Shown piece after piece: positions 19,258 to 29,728 of a stretch of 64,000 nucleotides of DNA. Made by a program: the position numbers and the translations under genes. The notes beneath the pieces were generated by a model, which saw nothing but the letters and a program-made list of their open reading frames with translations, had not been told where the DNA came from and did no database searches. This DNA is from an uncultured delta proteobacterium (GTDB lineage Bacteria > Desulfobacterota > Binatia > Binatales > Binataceae): the NCBI GenBank assembly GCA_963794325.1, contig CAWCDG010000007.1:96001-160000 (forward strand). The letters run 5' to 3'. The number at the start of each line of letters is the position of its first letter. Position 1 is the stretch's first letter.

Positions 19258-21828
19258 GTGGCGATCGTGAATGGCGGGTCACGGTTGGCGTCTTACTTAT
19301 CGTGCCGTGCGGCGGTTGCGTTACTCGTCGTAATCGCCGCGATTTTATTTGCCGGGAAGGCGCGCGCCGCGGTGAGCAAGCTCGCGGTCTCGACCAGCAG
19401 CCTGGCCTTCAACAAGATCAATCTATCGAGCAGGACTGCAACCGAGACAAAATCCTTCACCATCACAGACAATGGCGGTAGTGCACTCTCGGTCACCGTC
19501 GCGCCACCGCATGGAAGCGCATCTTTCAGGATAACGTCGGGACAGGGTGCGACGCTGATTCAGCCGCACGGAACGCTGGTCGTCAAGGTAGAGTTTGCGC
19601 CCATCAGCAAGGAAACGAGTTTCACCGCGCGCATCGCGATCAGCAGCGACGCGACCAAAGGTCAGGCGTCAGCCAAAGTCAAATTGACGGGCTCGGCAAA
19701 ACGATCGTTGGCGCCGACCGCAACGCCCACTGCGACGGCAACCGCAACTGCGACTGCCACCTCGACGGCGACGGCTACCGCAACGGCGACGGCCACTGAG
19801 ACTGTGACGGCGACCGTAAGTAGCACGCCGACAGCAACTGCAACGCGTACTGCGACTGCGACCGCAACACCGACTACGACTCTGACAGCCACAGCAACGG
19901 CGACCGCGACTCGAACCGCTACGGCGACAGCAACTTCCACTGCATCTGCGACATTGACGGCGACAGCAACTCCGACCGCGACGGCCACTGCTACAACTAC
20001 CGCGACTGCAACTCCAACTGCGACTCTGACGGCCACAGCAACAGCGACCACGACTCTATCTGCTACTACGACGACAACTCCTACGGCCACCGCAACCGCG
20101 ACGACGACCGCCGGGGTAACGGCCACCGCAACTCAGACGACGACAGCAACCACGACCGCCACCGCGACCTCAACCGCAACGGCTACGGCGACCGCAACTC
20201 GCACCGCAACCGTAACTCCAACAGACACGATGACCGCGACCGCAACTTCGAGCGCGTCAGCGAGCGCAACCCCGACTTCAACCTCGACCGCGACTATCAC
20301 GCCGACTGCCACTCCCACCGCAACGCCGGCTGTCATGACCGACGTGCTGACCTATCACAACGACGTCGCGCGCACCGGACAAAATCTCACCGAGAGCCTT
20401 CTGACTACCAGCAACGTCAAGACTTCGTTCGGTCAGCTGTTCCACGACTCGGTTGACGGACTGGTCGACGCGCAGCCGCTAATCAAGACGCAGGTGAATA
20501 TCCCCGGCCAGGGCACGCATAACGTGCTGTACATCGCAACCGAGAACGACAGCGTTTACGCTTTCGACGCCGATAGCGCCGGCCCGCCGCTGTGGCACGT
20601 CTCAGTGCTCGGGTCGGGCGAGATTGCCTCGGACGACCGGGGATGCAGCCAGGTAACGCCGCAGATCGGAATCACAAGCACGCCGGTAATCGATCCGAAC
20701 GCGGGCCCTAACGGCACCATTTATGTAGTCGCGATGTCCAAGACCAGTAGCGGGACGACCGCTTACTTTCAGCGGATCCACGCGCTGGACATGACGACCG
20801 GCGCCGAAGAATTCGGCGGACCGTTTACGGTTGCGGCGACATTTTCTCCCGGTCCGGCTTTCGATCCTAAGCAGTACAAGGAGCGGACCGGATTGCTTCT
20901 GCTCAACGGCCAGTTAATTACCGCGTGGGCATCGCATTGCGACGACAAGCCCTACAATGGCTGGATCATGGCGTACGATCAGAACACGCTCGTTCAGACT
21001 TCCGCTCTGGATATCACGCCCAACGGCAGTGAAGGCGCGATCTGGCAAGCCGGTGGAGGACTGGCGGCCGACAATTCAGGCAACATCTATTTTCTGGCTG
21101 GGAACGGGACTTGGGACACCAAGGTCGACACCAATGGCTTCCCCACCAAAAACGATTTCGGCAACGGTTTCCTGAAACTGTCCAACTCGAACGGGCTGAC
21201 GGTCAGCGATTTCTTCGAGCCGTTCAATACAGTCAGTGAATCGGACGGCGATACGGATTTGGGTTCAGGCGGTGCGATGGTGTTGCCCGACATGACCGAC
21301 TCGACTGAGACCACGCGGCATCTTGCGGTCGGCGCCGGCAAGGATGGGAATATCTACCTCGTCGACCGCGACAAGATGGGCAAGTTCAACTCCGCGAATA
21401 ACAGCAACGCATACCAGGTGCTGGCGGGTGCATTGGATAACGGTGAATGGTCGGCGCCAGCGTATTTTAATGGCACCCTTTACTATGGCGGAGTGAACGT
21501 TCAGCTCCAGGCCTTCACCTTTTCGCAAGCGAAGCTGGTAGTGATGCCGTCGTCGGTCAGCACCGAAACCTACGGCTATCCTGGCGCGACGCCCAGCATC
21601 TCGGCCAACGGATCAAGCAATGCAATCGTATGGGCTGTCCAGAATGAAGGATCGCTCGGGGCCTTGCGTGCGTACGACGCGACCAACCTGGGCACGGAGT
21701 TCTACAATAGCAATTCGACGCCGGGAGACAGCTTCAACGACAACAAGTTCATCACACCGACCATCGCGAACGGGAAAGTTTACGTCGGTACGACAAACAG
21801 CGTGGTTGTGTTTGGACTGAAGCCCTGA
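19258..21828 (+). CDS. Secreted protein: ASH/Ig-like domain, Thr/Ala linker, PQQ-like beta-propeller
   Basis: Signal peptide ending KARA; Ig-like domain; ~200-aa T/A/P linker; DVLTYHNDVARTGQN, VDAQPL, GITSTPVID and KFITPTIANGKVYV propeller motifs. Confidence 0.85.
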   Translation: MAIVNGGSRLASYLSCRAAVALLVVIAAILFAGKARAAVSKLAVSTSSLAFNKINLSSRTATETKSFTITDNGGSALSVTVAPPHGSASFRITSGQGATLIQPHGTLVVKVEFAPISKETSFTARIAISSDATKGQASAKVKLTGSAKRSLAPTATPTATATATATATSTATATATATATETVTATVSSTPTATATRTATATATPTTTLTATATATATRTATATATSTASATLTATATPTATATATTTATATPTATLTATATATTTLSATTTTTPTATATATTTAGVTATATQTTTATTTATATSTATATATATRTATVTPTDTMTATATSSASASATPTSTSTATITPTATPTATPAVMTDVLTYHNDVARTGQNLTESLLTTSNVKTSFGQLFHDSVDGLVDAQPLIKTQVNIPGQGTHNVLYIATENDSVYAFDADSAGPPLWHVSVLGSGEIASDDRGCSQVTPQIGITSTPVIDPNAGPNGTIYVVAMSKTSSGTTAYFQRIHALDMTTGAEEFGGPFTVAATFSPGPAFDPKQYKERTGLLLLNGQLITAWASHCDDKPYNGWIMAYDQNTLVQTSALDITPNGSEGAIWQAGGGLAADNSGNIYFLAGNGTWDTKVDTNGFPTKNDFGNGFLKLSNSNGLTVSDFFEPFNTVSESDGDTDLGSGGAMVLPDMTDSTETTRHLAVGAGKDGNIYLVDRDKMGKFNSANNSNAYQVLAGALDNGEWSAPAYFNGTLYYGGVNVQLQAFTFSQAKLVVMPSSVSTETYGYPGATPSISANGSSNAIVWAVQNEGSLGALRAYDATNLGTEFYNSNSTPGDSFNDNKFITPTIANGKVYVGTTNSVVVFGLKP
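19714..20330 (+). repeat. Low-complexity Thr-Ala codon repeat
   Basis: Runs of ACN-GCN codons within the CDS. Confidence 0.9.
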
Positions 21829-21840
21829 ACCGGCGACCTT

Positions 21841-22566
21841 CTAATCCTTCTGATGGTCTGCGAGAAAGCGAAGCATTAACGCTTGCAGCTCCGCGCTATG
21901 CGGCCCATGCAGGATCGCCGTGCCATGTAGGCGGCCGGGATAAATCTCCATCGACTTCGGCGCCACCGCCAGCCGATAGAGGATCTCAGGTTGCCCTGCG
22001 ACCAGCGGATCGGCGGCCGACGTGACGAAAAGTATCGGTGCGCGGACATGGCGAATTGACTCGGTCACGACCAGGCCGCCGAAGCTGGTGGGCGTCGAGA
22101 TGCAGATGATTCCCGCTACGTCCTCGCGCGCGGCGACCAGTATTGCGGCCTCGGAACCGAGACTCGCGCCCGCTATGAAGATCCGCGAGACGCGCGGCCG
22201 CATAAACTGATACGCCGCCAGCAAATCAGTGCCGGCGAATTCGGTGCCCGACTGTCCCTCCGATTCCGTAAATCCGCGGAAGTCAAAAGTCAGCGCCTGG
22301 TATCCGTGCGCCGCGAGCACTTGGGCGAAGTCAGTCCAGTCGGACTGATCGGCAGGATACATGTGCGCGAGGATCACGCCCGTCGATCCGCTGCCGTAAA
22401 GATGGCCGCGCAGCAGCACGCCATCGGAAGTCCGGAACGAGACGTGCTCCCCGCCAAGGTCGGCCGGCTTGCGAGTCGGATTCGGCGCGAAGCATCCTGC
22501 GACAAGCGTGATAAGCCCAATCATCGCAAGTGCGCGCCATCCATGATCCACTACGGATTGTAACAT
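21841..22566 (-). CDS. Alpha/beta hydrolase lipoprotein
   Basis: Lipobox LVAG-C, nucleophile elbow GASLG, FDFRG, C-terminal HG. Confidence 0.85.
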   Translation of the reverse strand: MLQSVVDHGWRALAMIGLITLVAGCFAPNPTRKPADLGGEHVSFRTSDGVLLRGHLYGSGSTGVILAHMYPADQSDWTDFAQVLAAHGYQALTFDFRGFTESEGQSGTEFAGTDLLAAYQFMRPRVSRIFIAGASLGSEAAILVAAREDVAGIICISTPTSFGGLVVTESIRHVRAPILFVTSAADPLVAGQPEILYRLAVAPKSMEIYPGRLHGTAILHGPHSAELQALMLRFLADHQKD

Positions 22567-22661
22567 CTACTCTTGTAGCGAGATCTTAATCTTTTTGCGC
22601 TGGTAACAAGTCTTAACCTGTTGTATCGTGGCCAAATTCTGTTCTTTTGGGGGCCTTCCGG

Positions 22662-25600
22662 ATGTTGGGGAAGTCTAAGGCTTTGTCCAGGTGGTTGCGA
22701 CTGCCTTCGCTTCTGCTCGTTCTACTGACCACCCTCATTTTGGTCACGACGCTTCCCGCAGCGACAGGCGATACCACTGCCGATCGGGAGCTAGGGCAAG
22801 CCGGTTTCACGCTCAACGGCCAGAATTTTATCGACGGCGCCGGGTTCAATTACAACCTCGGGAGCATCGGCAACGTGACGCCGGCCAACGGCGTCGCAGT
22901 CGATGTGAGTTCGACCCCGAAGCATCTGTATGTTGCGGATACTCTGAACAGCCGCATCCTGGGCTGGAACAACGCTGACTCATTTACCAGCGGGCAGCCT
23001 GCCGACCTGGTGATCGGCCAGGTCGACATGTTCCACAACGGATGCGATCAGCCGACCAACAATTTCAACGCCGCGACCGCCACCAACCTTTGTTTCCCGA
23101 CAGGCGTTGCGGTTGATTCCAACGGCGGCCTGTATATCGCAGATTTCGAAAATAACCGCGTCGTCGAATACAGCGCGCCCTACGCCGCATACGCCGCAAT
23201 TCCCCAGACCTGCACGGCGGCGAATCCATGCGAGAACCAGTTGTCGGCAAACCTGGTGTTTGGCCAGGTCGATGGCTTGGGGAATCCGACTTTCACCACC
23301 TCCAATTGCAATGGCTCGCATGGACAGGGAGCAACTACCTCCAACGAGGAGCTGTGCAACCCTGAGGGTGTCAGCGTAAATCCGACGACTCACGACCTCT
23401 ACGTTGCCGACGCGACCAACAGCCGCGTCGTGGTGTTCCTGGATCCTCTGACCGGCGGCGGGATGCAGGGAGTGTCGGGGAATCCCGGCGACGAGACTGC
23501 GGACTATGTGTTCGGGCAGGGCGGGATCTTCACGACCACGACCTGCAACAAAGGCGGCAGCGTTACCGCGAGCACTCTATGCGGGTCCGGATTTTTTGTG
23601 GGCGGAGGCGGCGTCGGGGTCGATGCCGGCGGCGATGTATATATCGCGGACACGCTGAACAACCGCGTCCTTCAATTCAATAACCCGCTCGGTGGGAGTC
23701 CGCCTGTCACCACGTCGTTCGCGGCCAACGGCGTTTTTGGCCAGACCGGCTTCACTAACAGCAGCGCCAACCTCGGGGGCTCGCCTACCGCCGCGTCGCT
23801 GGACGCGCCGATCGACGTAAAGCTCGACGGCATCGGCAATCTTTACGTCGCCGATTTCGCCAACAGCCGCGTGCTTGAGTTCAACACGCCGGCCTCCTCG
23901 AGCTCGGACCCGACGGCCAATTTTGTCTTCGGACAGACCAACTTCACCAACAATTTTTGCTTTCAACCCTCGGCGACCAACCTGTGCGATCCGAGCGGCG
24001 TCGCGATCGACGTGCTGGGTAATGTGTTTATCGCCGACCTGAATAACGATCGAATGCTCGAATACAACACTCCGCTGTCGACTGATCGCACAGCGGACGC
24101 GGTGCTGGGCCAGGCCGTGTTTGACACCGGCTTTCACGATCTGGTCGATAGCAAAGGATTCAATTTGCCGCAGAACGTGACGGTCGATCAGTATTCGACA
24201 CCGAATCATATTTACGTCACCGACGGCGGCGGCAACGGACAATTCGACAATCGTGTGCTCGCGTGGTACGACGCGAAAACTTTTCAGAACGGCCAGCCCG
24301 CCGACCTGGTATTCGGGCAACCTGATTTCTTCCACATCAAGGCTAACAACGGTGTCAACGGCCCAGGGAATCCTGGTCCCGACACTCTCAGCGGGCCGCT
24401 CGGGATGACGGTCGACAGCTCCAGCGGCCTGTACATTACCGACAGCGGCAACAATCGCGTACTCGAGTACGACAATCCCTTTCAGGGATTCGTGCCTGGC
24501 TCCGGGCCGAGGCTTACAGCGCCCGGCACTCCGTCCGGCTCGGCTGGAGACACGGTTGCCGATCGGGTGTTCGGCACCTGCGGCGATTTCACGACCAATA
24601 GCTGCACCCCGTCGTCGGGTACCGCGGATACGTTGAGTCAGCCGCAGAGCGTCGCATTCGACCCGAAGAATGGCGCCCTCTATATATCCCTCGCCTCTCC
24701 AGAAGCAGTGTTCGAGTACGATACACCGCTAACCAGCCAAACAGCCCACCTCGTGTTCGGGACCTGCGGCGGCGGCTTCGGCGCGAATAGTTGTCCGAGC
24801 ACTCCAAGCGACGCGAGCCTTACCGCTCCGACCGGTCTCGCCGTGGACTCGCAGGGCAACCTGTTCGTGACCGACGCGGCCAGCAACGGCAGCATCTCGC
24901 GCCTTCTGATGTATCTCGATCCGCTCGGCGCCACCGGCGGCTGCGTCCCCAATGGCGACGGCTCCGGATGCCAGGGGGACATCGTGGCCGACAAAGTCTT
25001 CGGCACTTGCGGGGGCGGTTTTACTGCCTACGATTGCAGCGGCACCACCAACCAAAGCCTCCTGTACGGGCTCGGGGGATGGAACGGCGTAGCGGTCGAC
25101 GCGAACGAAAATCTCTACGCGATGGATCCAGGTGACAACCGCGTACTGCGCTTTCCGAATGCATCGACGATTCCGGGAAGTCTCACGGCACTACAGGTCT
25201 TTGGACAGGGCGGGAGTTTCACTACCGGCACTCCTGACAACGGCGGCGTCACTGCCGACAGTCTCGGCGCGCCGGTACCTTTCAGCAGCGGGTTTCATCC
25301 GCCGCTTGGCATAACGGTGGACAGTTCATGCAACGTCTACATTGCCGACGCGGGCAATAACCGGGTGCTGGGGTATGACCAGCCGGCGGGTCCATGCGGA
25401 TCAGCAACGCCTACTCCGACCGCGACGTCAACTGCGTCGACGCCAACGCCGACGGCCACCGCAACTCGAACCGCGACTGCGACCGCGACCTTGACTGCGA
25501 CATCCACAGCGTCGGCGACGGCAACCAGCACAGCAACTGCGACCGCCACTCTCACAGCAACCGCAACTGCGACTGCAACGAAAACTGCGACAGCAACCGC

Positions 25601-27000
25601 AACCGCCACCTCGACCGCGACTGCAACGCCCACGGCCACGCTGACTGCAACGCCGACCGCGACTGCGACCGCAACCAAAACCGCCACAGCAACGGCGACC
25701 GCCACTTCCACATCGACCGCCACGAACACAGTCACGGCAACTGCAACGCCGACGGCCACGGCGACTGCGACAGCGACAGCGACAAAGACTGCGACTACAA
25801 CTGCGACGTCAACACCCTCGCCGACCGCAACCGCCACGACTACCGTGACTGCAACGCCGACGCCGACAGCTACGGCAACCTCAACGCCCACCGCTACTGC
25901 CACGGCAACTGCAACTCAAACGGCAACGCCGACCGCGACTGCGACCGCAAGTAAAACCGCCACTGCAACGGCGACCGCCACTTCCACATCGACCGGCACT
26001 ACCACAGTCACGGCAACTGCTACGCCGACGGCCACCACAACTACAACGGCGACTAAGACCGCTACTGCAACCGCGACGTCAACGGCCTCGCCGACCCCTA
26101 CGGCAACCGCCACGACTACCTTGACTGCAACGCCGACGGCGACGGCTACTGCAACCTCAACTCTCACCGCTAGTGCTACGGCAACCGCAACTCAGACGGC
26201 AACGGCGACCGCGTCGGCGACCGAAACCGCAACTCCGACATCCTCTGTCACAGCGACTGCAACCCCAACGGCCACGGCCACCCTGACCGCAACGCCGACC
26301 GCAACCGTGACTTCAACGGAGACTGCGACGGCGACGCCGACCATGACCGCAACTGCGACGCCAACGGTCACGGCGACGGCCACTCAGACGGCAACCGTCA
26401 CGTCAACTCCAACGAGCTCAGCCACATCGACCGCAACATCGACGACGACCGCAACTTCCACCGCGACCTCTACTCGGACGGCGACTGTGACCGCAACTGC
26501 GACGCCGACTGCGACTGCGACTGCGACCGCGACCTCAACTCAGACCGTTACGGCGACTGCGACTGCAAACCGCTACCGCTACCGCTACCGCCACCACAAC
26601 TCGAACTGCCTCGCCGACGGCAACTGGCACCGCGACTCAAAGCGCAACTCCAACTCCGACACCGACTGGGGCAGGTCACATCGCGGTTTCGCCACACAGG
26701 TTGAACTTCAAAGCGGCTCCGGATGCGACCGTAACCGCGAGCGTTACGATCCGCGATACCGGTTCCGGCCTTTTGAACGTCAACGTAGGCGCGCCGAAAC
26801 ACAATCCACCCTTCTCAATCCTCAGCAACGGCGGAGCGCTCACGATCCAGCCTCACTCGAGCGCGATCGTGGTGATCCAGTACGCGCCAACCGCAAAAGG
26901 CGCGACCAATGATTCGATCTCGATCACCAGCGACGATCCGAAGCAGAAGAAACCAATCAGCGTGAAGCTCAAGGGCAAATCCAAAGCGCCCAAGCATTGA
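22662..27000 (+). CDS. Large secreted NHL-repeat protein with ~400-aa Thr/Ala stalk and C-terminal ASH/Ig-like domain; +1 frameshift near 26567
   Basis: Signal peptide; many P.GVAVD..G.LY(I/V)AD..N.RV NHL repeats. At GCAAAC (26565-26570) the frame drifts to RYRYRYR, while the shifted frame continues TATATA...GHIAVSPHRLNFKAAP... to TGA 27000. Confidence 0.85.
25405..26665 (+). repeat. Thr/Ala low-complexity tract containing a ~276-bp tandem duplication
   Basis: CGCCGACCGCGACTGCGACCGCAA...CCACTTCCACATCGACCG at 25651 recurs at 25927, and similarity continues across the unit. Confidence 0.85.
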
Positions 27001-27120
27001 GTCGCGCCGTTTTCCTTTCCCAGCGCTGCCGACCTTCGTAACACGGGTGCAGGAGACGTCCCTGCCGCTTGTAAGGAACCCAATCGCTGGTAGTAAGATG
27101 CGGGCATCGGAGGAAGCGAC

Positions 27121-27726
27121 ATGACAAAACTTCACGGAACTTCAAGATCGCGCAGCGCGCGGTCTTTATGGGCGCTCGAAGAGCTCGGCGTCAACTACGA
27201 ACACAATCCGATGCCGACCACCGACGCCAAGTCGCCCGCACATCTCAAACTCAATCCCAACGGTCACGTGCCGGTGCTCGAAGATGACGGCGTGGTGGTT
27301 TGGGAATCGATGGCGATCAATCTCTACCTGGCCGACAAGTACGGCAAAAATTCGCTATGGCCGTCCGATCCAGCGGGGCGTGCCGACGCCTACAAGTGGA
27401 GCTTCTTCGCGATGACCGAAGTCGAGCCGCATCTCATCACGATTCTCCGCAACCGCGTGATGAATGCGCCCGATCAGCGCGACGAGAAGGCCGCGCAGGC
27501 CGCCGTCGAAGCATTGAAGGCACCGATGAATGCGCTCGAGGAATCGCTCAAGGGCAAGGAATATCTGCTCGGCAAGACTTTCACGATTGCGGACCTGAAC
27601 GTCGCCGCTGTGATGAGCTGGGCGCCGATGATGAAGCTCGATCTGTCGGCATGGCCGAACGTAGCGGCATGGCTGCAGAAGTGTCTCGGGCGCGAAGCGA
27701 ACAAGAAGGTGCGCGGGCTGAAGTAG
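27121..27726 (+). CDS. Glutathione S-transferase family protein
   Basis: LNPNGHVPVL, WESMAINLYL, YLLGKTFTIADL. Confidence 0.95.
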   Translation: MTKLHGTSRSRSARSLWALEELGVNYEHNPMPTTDAKSPAHLKLNPNGHVPVLEDDGVVVWESMAINLYLADKYGKNSLWPSDPAGRADAYKWSFFAMTEVEPHLITILRNRVMNAPDQRDEKAAQAAVEALKAPMNALEESLKGKEYLLGKTFTIADLNVAAVMSWAPMMKLDLSAWPNVAAWLQKCLGREANKKVRGLK

Positions 27727-27756
27727 TCGCCGGTTGACTGAAGCGAGGTAGGAATC

Positions 27757-28899
27757 ATGGGAGTGTTGTCAGGTTATCGCGTCATCGAGCTGGCCGGGAT
27801 TGGCCCCGGACCAATGTGTGCGATGCTGCTGTCGGACATGGGCGCTGACGTGCTGCGAATCGATCGCGTGGCCGACGCTGGATTGGGTATCGCGATGGAT
27901 CAGAAGTACAGCCTGCTCAATCGCGGCCGGCGCTCGGTCGCGTTCGATCTCAAAAAGCCCGAGGCGATCGAGGCCGTGCTTAAACTGGTCGATAAAGCCG
28001 ACGCGTTGATCGAAGGCTTTCGTCCCGGCGTGACCGAACGGCTCGGGCTTGGTCCGGACGATTGTCTCAAGCGCAATCCGCGCCTCATCTACGGGCGCAT
28101 GACGGGATGGGGCCAGGAAGGTCCGCTCGCGCTGGCCGCCGGCCACGACATCAATTACATCGCGCTGTCGGGCGCGCTGCACAGCTTCGGGCGCAGAGGC
28201 GACACTCCGGTGCCACCGCTCAACCTGGTGGGCGATTTCGGCGGCGGCGCGCTCTATCTGGCTCTGGGAGTGGTCGCGGGCCTGCTCGAGGCGCAGAAAT
28301 CCGGCAAGGGCCAGGTCGTCGACGCCGCGATGGTCGATGGAGCCGCATCACTGATGACTGCGATCTACGGCATGCACGGCTCGGGATTCTGGAACAACGA
28401 GCGCGGCGACAACATCCTCGACACCGGCGCTCACTACTACGAAGTTTACGAAACGAAAGACAGCAAGTACGTCGCGATCGGATCGATCGAGGCGAAGTTC
28501 TACGCTGAGCTGCTCGAAAAGTCAGGACTGAAGGGCGAGAAGTTGCCGCATCAGCAAGATCGCTCGCAATGGCCCGCGATGAAGGAGCGGCTGAAGACGA
28601 TTTTCCGCGCGAAGACCCGCGACGAGTGGTGCAAGATCATGGAGGGCAGCGATATCTGCTTCGCGCCGGTGCTCAACATGGATGAAGCGCCCAAGCATCC
28701 GCACAACAAGCATCGCGGAACTTTCATCGAGGAAGGCGGCGTAACGCAGCCGGGACCGGCGCCGCGATTCTCGCGGACGCCGAGCAAGATTCAGCGCCCG
28801 CCGGCCAAGCCCGGTGAGCATACCGAGGAAGCATTGCGCGACTGGGGTTTCGCCAAGGCGGATTTGGAGACGCTGCGCAAATGCGGCGCGATCAGCTAA
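27757..28899 (+). CDS. CaiB/BaiF CoA-transferase (alpha-methylacyl-CoA racemase-like)
   Basis: GIGPGPM, LNRGRRS, EGFRPGVTERLGLGP, AGHDINY, NLVGDFGGG. Confidence 0.95.
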   Translation: MGVLSGYRVIELAGIGPGPMCAMLLSDMGADVLRIDRVADAGLGIAMDQKYSLLNRGRRSVAFDLKKPEAIEAVLKLVDKADALIEGFRPGVTERLGLGPDDCLKRNPRLIYGRMTGWGQEGPLALAAGHDINYIALSGALHSFGRRGDTPVPPLNLVGDFGGGALYLALGVVAGLLEAQKSGKGQVVDAAMVDGAASLMTAIYGMHGSGFWNNERGDNILDTGAHYYEVYETKDSKYVAIGSIEAKFYAELLEKSGLKGEKLPHQQDRSQWPAMKERLKTIFRAKTRDEWCKIMEGSDICFAPVLNMDEAPKHPHNKHRGTFIEEGGVTQPGPAPRFSRTPSKIQRPPAKPGEHTEEALRDWGFAKADLETLRKCGAIS

Positions 28900-28926
28900 G
28901 CGTCTGACGAAAAGGAATTTCAAGCC

Positions 28927-29724
28927 ATGCCGATGGCTCAACTTGGCTCGATCGAACTCTACTATGAACGTGCCGGGCAAGGCGCGCCGCTGCTATTCAT
29001 CTCGGGCACGGGCGGCGACCTGCGCGTCAAGCCTAACGTGTTCGATGGGCCGCTGCCCAAATTGTTCGACCTTCTGGCCTACGACCAGCGCGGCCTCGGC
29101 CGCTCGGCCAAGCCGGACGTCGCCTACTCGATGGCCAACTACGCCGACGACGCGGCCGCTCTGCTGGAGCACGCGGGGTGGCCGGCGGCGAAGGTGATCG
29201 GCGTATCCTTCGGCGGCATGGTGGCCCAGGAGCTGGTCCTGAGGCATCCGGCCAAGGTCGAGCGGCTGGTGCTCGCCTGTACCTCGCCGGGCGGAGCGGG
29301 CGGCGCGTCCTATCCGTTCCACGAGATCCAGCATCTGAGGGGCGAAGAGCGCGCCCGTCATCTTATCTCGATTTCGGACACCCGCCTCGACGCGGCTTGG
29401 GCGGCGGCCCATCCCGACGATTACGGCCGGTTCGTTGCGATGGTCGGCGCTGATCCTTACGCCGGCGAGCCGGGCCGTGAGATGGGCGCGCGACGCCAAC
29501 TCGAAGCGCGCGCCGGACATGACACGTGGAACCGGCTGGAGCAGATCCGCTGCCCGGTGTTCATCGCGGCCGGGCGCTACGACGGCATCGCCTTGCCGGA
29601 GACCCAACACAAGCTTGCGAGCCGGATCGCCGGCGCGCGTCTGCGTTTCTTCGAGGGCGGCCACCTCTTCATGCTGCAGGATCGCGCGGCACTCCCGGCG
29701 ATCGCCGAGTTCTTGAACAGCTAG
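28927..29724 (+). CDS. Alpha/beta hydrolase
   Basis: YDQRGLGRS, GVSFGG nucleophile, GGHLF. Confidence 0.92.
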   Translation: MPMAQLGSIELYYERAGQGAPLLFISGTGGDLRVKPNVFDGPLPKLFDLLAYDQRGLGRSAKPDVAYSMANYADDAAALLEHAGWPAAKVIGVSFGGMVAQELVLRHPAKVERLVLACTSPGGAGGASYPFHEIQHLRGEERARHLISISDTRLDAAWAAAHPDDYGRFVAMVGADPYAGEPGREMGARRQLEARAGHDTWNRLEQIRCPVFIAAGRYDGIALPETQHKLASRIAGARLRFFEGGHLFMLQDRAALPAIAEFLNS

Positions 29725-29728
29725 ACGG

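Noticed and set aside
19662-26383. Minus-strand Val/Ala-rich ORFs (19662-20336, 25337-26383)
   Set aside because: They are the antisense reading of Thr-Ala codon repeats in the two surface protein genes.
19714-26665. Possible CRISPR array or satellite in the repetitive tracts
   Set aside because: Repeats are degenerate in-frame codons with no constant repeat/unique spacer pattern, and there are no cas genes.
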